64,000 nt of DNA from Planctomycetota bacterium (GTDB lineage Bacteria > Planctomycetota > SZUA-567 > JAKLDR01): the NCBI GenBank assembly GCA_022703445.1, contig JAKLDR010000001.1, positions 23,884-87,883 on the forward strand. Reading direction: 5' to 3'. Positions within the stretch are counted from its first letter, which is position 1, and each line of letters begins with the position of its first letter. This document shows positions 60,206 to 64,000 of the stretch, piece after piece. The position numbers and the translations under genes were made by a program. Below the pieces are notes generated by a model, which worked only from the letters and a program-made list of their open reading frames with translations, ran no database searches and was not told where the DNA came from.

Positions 60206-61294
60206 ATGGGCGGAGAGGGCACCATGGACGAGCAGTCCGGTTCCGAGACCAGGCCGCCGACTTCCCCGGCTTCGCCGGTCTCGCCGGTTTCCCCGCCGGC
60301 GGCGGACCAGCAGGGAGCGGCGGCGCCCGCGCCCGGCCGCGGCCCCGGCGCCCAGGTGGTCTCCGAAGCCATGCGCTCCGCGCAGAACAGCAACGAGTAC
60401 CGGGACAAGCGCCGGGGATGGATCCGCGAACACGCCTCGGACGACAGTTTCCTCATCTTCCTGGGCGTGATCGTCGCGCTCGCCGTGCTGGGAGTGGTGG
60501 CCTACAGGCTGATCCCTGAGCTCCGCAAGCCGCCGCCGGTCGCGCCCGTGCAGGTCCCGCTGGCGGCAATCTTCAACGGGGCCCGGGCCGAGGAGGGCCC
60601 GCCCGGGACGATCACGGTCTTCTACGACTTCGCCATGCGCTCGGACGCCGCCGACCTGCGCTCCGCCTGTCCGCAGATCAACGACTGGCACGTCCCGGGC
60701 GGGACGGTTTCGCGGGTCGAGAGCGATGGAGGCACGGCCAACAGCGGCGTGCTGGTCAGCGGGAAGTTCAGCCGCCACATCCCGTACTTCGTACCCGGCG
60801 ACCTGTCGGTGGAGTGCGATGCGGCTCTGCTCCAGGGCACGGAACTCGCCCTGCATCTCGACAGCATCGATGAGGGCCGGGTGGGCGACGGCTACCGCCT
60901 GGAGGTCTGCGCCTCGCGGGCCGAGGGCGAGGAGGCCAGCGCCGCCATCGTCGAGTACCGCCGGGGCAGCCAGGTGCGCTCCAGTCCGCCGGCCCGCCTC
61001 CCCGAGTTGCTCGCCCGGCGCAACCCGCCGCTCTTCTACCGCCTGAAGTTCGAGCTCCGCGCCGGGATGCTCCGGGCCTGCTTCCAGGGCAAGGAGGTCC
61101 TGCAGCTCCCGGTCGGAGAGACGAAGCCCGGCTCCGTGCTGCTCATGGGGCCGAACTCGCGGACCGCCTTCGACAACGTCACCATCGTCGGACAGCCCCA
61201 CCCCTCCTTCATAAAGCCGCGGGTCGAGATGTACCGCCTCTTCGGCGGGCCGGCCGGGGCCGCCCCGGGTACCCAGCCGGCGCCCGGGAAGTAG
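60206..61294 (+). CDS. Single-pass membrane protein of unknown function
   Basis: Pro/Ser-rich N-terminus (PPTSPASPVSPVSPP), a TM helix FLIFLGVIVALAVLGVVAY, then a ~250-aa beta-rich domain. The start could instead be the ATG at 60224. Confidence 0.65.
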   Translation: MGGEGTMDEQSGSETRPPTSPASPVSPVSPPAADQQGAAAPAPGRGPGAQVVSEAMRSAQNSNEYRDKRRGWIREHASDDSFLIFLGVIVALAVLGVVAYRLIPELRKPPPVAPVQVPLAAIFNGARAEEGPPGTITVFYDFAMRSDAADLRSACPQINDWHVPGGTVSRVESDGGTANSGVLVSGKFSRHIPYFVPGDLSVECDAALLQGTELALHLDSIDEGRVGDGYRLEVCASRAEGEEASAAIVEYRRGSQVRSSPPARLPELLARRNPPLFYRLKFELRAGMLRACFQGKEVLQLPVGETKPGSVLLMGPNSRTAFDNVTIVGQPHPSFIKPRVEMYRLFGGPAGAAPGTQPAPGK

Positions 61295-61354
61295 GGGCTG
61301 CCCGCCGCCGTCAGGAAGTCCCCATGCCGCGATCTGGAAAATGCACTTTCCGGC

Positions 61355-61392
61355 TTGACACCGACGCAACACTTGCTAAATTGGCCAAGTGT
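61355..61392 (+). promoter_or_regulatory. Promoter with overlapping ArsR-type operator
   Basis: TTGACA (61355..61360), a 16-nt spacer, then TAAATT (61377..61382). The 7-bp inverted repeat ACACTTG (61369..61375) / CAAGTGT (61386..61392) brackets the -10 element. Confidence 0.5.
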
Positions 61393-61425
61393 GCAAGCCG
61401 GCGGGACCGGCGCGGGAGAGACGCC

Positions 61426-61710
61426 ATGTCCAAGACTGCCAGGCGCGACCTGGTCTCGGCCCTGAAGGCCCTGGCCCACCCTGGCCGGCTGGCCGCGGTG
61501 CGGGCCCTTAAGAAGGGCGAGCTCTGCGTCTGCGAGCTCCAGGAAGTTATGGGCTCGGACCTGTCCACCGTCTCGCGGCACCTCAAGCTGCTGGCCGACG
61601 CCGGGCTGGTGGCCACCCGCCGGGAAGGCAAGTGGATCTACTGCCGGCTGGCCGCGCCGTGCGTGCTGGAGTTCCTGGACTGCCTGGAGTCCGGGCTTCC
61701 CGGAAGGTAG
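61426..61710 (+). CDS. ArsR/SmtB-family metalloregulatory transcriptional repressor
   Basis: ORF 61324..61710 trimmed to MSKTARRDLVSALKALAHPGRLAAVRALKKGELCVCELQEVMGSDLSTVSRHLKLLADAGLV. This contains the classic ELCVCEL metal/redox site and the HTH. Confidence 0.85.
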   Translation: MSKTARRDLVSALKALAHPGRLAAVRALKKGELCVCELQEVMGSDLSTVSRHLKLLADAGLVATRREGKWIYCRLAAPCVLEFLDCLESGLPGR

Positions 61711-61716
61711 GGCGCT

Positions 61717-62907
61717 GTGGACTGGAGGAAGGAGTGGAAGCCGCTGGCCGCGATCGTCGCGGTCTTCCTGGCCTGCTTCTTCCTGCCGGTCGGCGAGCAG
61801 CCCTCGGGCGCGCCGCGCTTCAACAACTCGGTTTTGGAAGCCCTCCAGCTCACCCGCTGGTACGCCCGCGAGCACGTCCTGCTCTGCCTGGTGCCGGCCT
61901 TCTTCATCGCCGGAGGCATTTCGGTCTTCGTGAGCCAGGCCGGGGTCATGAAGTACCTCGGCGCGCGGGCCAACAAGGTCCTGGCCTACGGGGTTGCTGC
62001 GGTCAGCGGAACCATCCTGGCGGTGTGCTCCTGCACGGTGCTGCCGCTCTTCGCCGGCATCTATCGGATGGGCGCGGGACTCGGGCCGGCCTGCGCCTTC
62101 CTCTACTCCGGGCCGGCGATCAGCGTCCTGGCCATCGTGCTCTCCGCCCGGATCCTGGGCATCGGCCTGGGGACCGCCCGCGGGATAGGAGCCATCGCCT
62201 TCAGCCTGGTCATCGGGGTGCTCATGCACTTCATCTTCCGCAGGGAGGAGGCTGCCAAGGCCGAGGCCCAGGCCGAGCTCCCCGAGCCGGAGGTCCGGAG
62301 GCCCCTCTGGCAGAACGCGCTCTTCTTCGCGGCCATGGTCGGGTTCCTGGTCTTCGCCAACTGGGGGCGGCCCGAGGGCGCCGAGGGCTTCTGGGCGGCG
62401 GTTTACGCCGCCAAGTGGTTCGTGGCCGCCGCCTGCCTTGCCGGCCTGGCGGTCATGCTCCCCCTGTGGTTCACCCGGGCGGAGTTCGGCGAGTGGGTCG
62501 GCGCCAGCTGGGGCCTGGCCAAGCAGATCATGCCGCTGCTCCTGGCCGGGGTGCTGGCCTCCGGGCTGCTCCTGGGCCGGCCGGGCCGGGAGGGCTGGAT
62601 CCCCTCGGAGTGGGTGGCCGGAGCGGTCGGCGGGAACTCGTTGCTGGCCAACTTCGTGGCCTCCTTCCTGGGGGCCTTCATGTACTTCGCGACGCTGACC
62701 GAGGTGCCCATCGTCCAGGGGCTGCTGGGCAGCGGCATGGGCCAGGGCCCGGCGCTGGCGCTCCTGCTGGCCGGGCCGGCGCTCTCGCTGCCGAGCATGC
62801 TGGTCATCGGCAGCCTGATGGGCCTGCGCAAGACGGTGGTCTTCGTGGGACTGGTGGTGGTGCTGTCCACGCTGGCCGGATGGGTCTACGGCGCGGCGGT
62901 CGGTTGA
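61717..62907 (+). CDS. Permease of the DUF318/ArsP (UPF0718) family
   Basis: GTG start. Multi-pass membrane protein with the family's AVCSCTVLPLFAGIY motif and the repeated second half (FMYFATLTEVPIVQGLLGSGMG). Confidence 0.85.
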   Translation: MDWRKEWKPLAAIVAVFLACFFLPVGEQPSGAPRFNNSVLEALQLTRWYAREHVLLCLVPAFFIAGGISVFVSQAGVMKYLGARANKVLAYGVAAVSGTILAVCSCTVLPLFAGIYRMGAGLGPACAFLYSGPAISVLAIVLSARILGIGLGTARGIGAIAFSLVIGVLMHFIFRREEAAKAEAQAELPEPEVRRPLWQNALFFAAMVGFLVFANWGRPEGAEGFWAAVYAAKWFVAAACLAGLAVMLPLWFTRAEFGEWVGASWGLAKQIMPLLLAGVLASGLLLGRPGREGWIPSEWVAGAVGGNSLLANFVASFLGAFMYFATLTEVPIVQGLLGSGMGQGPALALLLAGPALSLPSMLVIGSLMGLRKTVVFVGLVVVLSTLAGWVYGAAVG

Positions 62908-62935
62908 TCGCGGCGCGACTGGGGAGGAGGCGACG

Positions 62936-63172
62936 ATGAAGAAGACGATCCAGGTCCTGGGCACCGGCTGCCCCAAGTGCCAGAAGCTTGCCGAGAACGC
63001 CGATGCGGCGGCCAAGGCGCTGGGCCTCGAGTACGAGCTGGTCAAGGTCAAGGACATCAACGCCATCATGGCCTTCGGCGTGATGATCACCCCGGCGCTG
63101 GCCGTGGATGGCAAGGTGAAGGTGGCCGGCAAGGTGCCCTCGCCGGAGGAGATCAAGAAGCTCTTGGCGTAA
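62936..63172 (+). CDS. Small thioredoxin-fold protein (redox-active disulfide protein 2 / Thioredoxin_3 type)
   Basis: 78 aa: MKKTIQVLGTGCPKCQKL...MITPALAVDGKVKVAGKVPS. The CPKC motif is present, and this protein is the usual partner of DUF318 permeases. Confidence 0.85.
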   Translation: MKKTIQVLGTGCPKCQKLAENADAAAKALGLEYELVKVKDINAIMAFGVMITPALAVDGKVKVAGKVPSPEEIKKLLA

Positions 63173-63188
63173 CGAGGAGGGATGCGGC

Positions 63189-63701
63189 ATGGCTGACGAG
63201 AAGAGCCCCGGAACGGAAGCGCCGGCACCGTCCGGCATGGGCGTCGGCGGCAAGGTGGCCATCGTGGCCGTTCTGGCCGCGGCGGTGGCCGGGGTAGTGT
63301 GGATGAAAGGCTGCAGGAGCAATTCCCCTTCCGCTTCCCCGAGCGGCAACGGCCAGGCGGCCGCTCCTGTCGCACGGCCGGACGCAGGCGGGCCGAAGCC
63401 CCAGCCGGCCGTCGCCCTGCCCAAGCTGGTCGACCTGGGCGCGGGCAAGTGCATACCATGCAAGCTGATGGCCCCGATCCTGGAGGAGCTGAAGAAGGAG
63501 CAGGCCGGCAGGTTCGACGTCGTCTTCATCGACGTCTGGCAGAACCCCGACGCCGGCAAGCAGTACGGCATCAAGATGATCCCGACGCAGATATTCTACG
63601 GCGCCGACGGCAAGGAGCTCTTCCGCCACGAGGGCTTCTTCTCCAAGGAGGACATCCTCAAGAAGTGGCAGGAGCTGGGCGTCGGCGAAGCCAAGCCCTG
63701 A
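63189..63701 (+). CDS. Membrane-anchored thioredoxin-like protein
   Basis: TM helix VAIVAVLAAAVAGVVW, a linker, then LVDLGAGKCIPCKLMAPILEEL...VVFIDVWQNPD..YGIKMIPTQIFY (CxxC thioredoxin fold). Confidence 0.8.
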   Translation: MADEKSPGTEAPAPSGMGVGGKVAIVAVLAAAVAGVVWMKGCRSNSPSASPSGNGQAAAPVARPDAGGPKPQPAVALPKLVDLGAGKCIPCKLMAPILEELKKEQAGRFDVVFIDVWQNPDAGKQYGIKMIPTQIFYGADGKELFRHEGFFSKEDILKKWQELGVGEAKP

Positions 63702-63736
63702 TGCGGCCGAGGCCGCCGGAAAGGACGGGTGTTGCC

Positions 63737-64000
63737 ATGGGGTTCCGCCATGCCAGTCTGTTGCTGCTTGCCGCCACCCTGGCCCTGCCGGCCCTGCCCG
63801 GCGAGAAGGCCCAGCGCGTCGAGGAGGCCTACCCGGGGCTCGTCCCGGGGTCCCTGGCTTGCGCCGTGATGGCCGAGTTGCCGGAAGGCGTGCTGCTCAA
63901 GTCCGGAGCCATCCAGGTGACAGCCAAGGAGCTCGCGGATGAGTTGGACAAGGCCCCGGAGATGCTCAGGGCCGAGCTGAAGAAGAACGCCCCGGTGGTT
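63737..64000 (+). CDS. Secreted protein, N-terminal fragment (continues beyond the window)
   Basis: ATG 63737: MGFRHASLLLLAATLALPALPGE|KAQRVEEAYPGL..., open to the window end. A SurA/PpiC-like chaperone is possible but not supportable from 88 residues. Confidence 0.5.
   Translation, partial: MGFRHASLLLLAATLALPALPGEKAQRVEEAYPGLVPGSLACAVMAELPEGVLLKSGAIQVTAKELADELDKAPEMLRAELKKNAPVV

Noticed and set aside
1-64000. Scan for CRISPR arrays, rRNA or tRNA genes, transposases, integrases and phage genes
   Set aside because: I saw no regularly spaced direct repeats, no tRNA-like cloverleaf regions in the few intergenic gaps, and no ORF with recombinase or transposase motifs. The only repeat elements found are the two palindromic structures and the gene-family paralogs reported above.

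Overview
This is a high-GC (about 68-70% by eye) bacterial chromosomal segment. It is probably from a PVC/Planctomycetota-like Gram-negative organism: lpxD is present, and an ECF sigma factor carries the long transmembrane C-terminal extension common in that group. The taxon call is inference only.

Roughly bases 1-56,100 read as one very large glycan-processing super-locus arranged in four cassettes. Each cassette is headed by a one-component regulator that combines a GntR-type HTH with a periplasmic-binding-protein (PBP) fold:
- R1, 1043..2140 (-)
- R2, 7616..8746 (+)
- R4, 39083..40282 (-)
- R3, 40576..41706 (+)

The cassettes contain recognisable carbohydrate-active genes: two GH123/DUF4091-like proteins, a heparinase II/III-like protein, an SGNH esterase, two SASA-type O-acetylesterases, a GH130, and a clan GH-A TIM-barrel hydrolase. 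They are dominated, however, by two expanded families of secreted beta-propeller proteins with no assignable function:
- Five NHL-type paralogs plus one decayed relic.
- Five Kelch-type double-propeller paralogs plus one 12-codon relic.

These propeller families, their cassette organisation, and the near-identical duplicated regulator-plus-promoter modules are the best candidate for an undescribed system.

Other notable items:
- A 94-bp nested palindromic (REP/MITE-like) element sits in frame inside the heparinase-like CDS.
- A roughly 86-bp hairpin built from GGTGGAN heptamers lies between R3 and its first structural gene.
- A recurrent A-G-E tripeptide ends the signal peptides of most secreted proteins here.
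- A lower-GC island encodes a 759-aa HEAT-repeat protein.
- lpxD is start/stop-overlapped with a B12-binding radical SAM gene.
- A roughly 620-bp ORF-poor region contains a near-consensus promoter.
- The window ends with a standard ArsR-permease-thioredoxin cluster.

I recognised no rRNA, tRNA, CRISPR array, transposase or integrase. Many very long ORFs in the track (up to 1675 aa) are antisense shadow ORFs caused by GC richness and were rejected.
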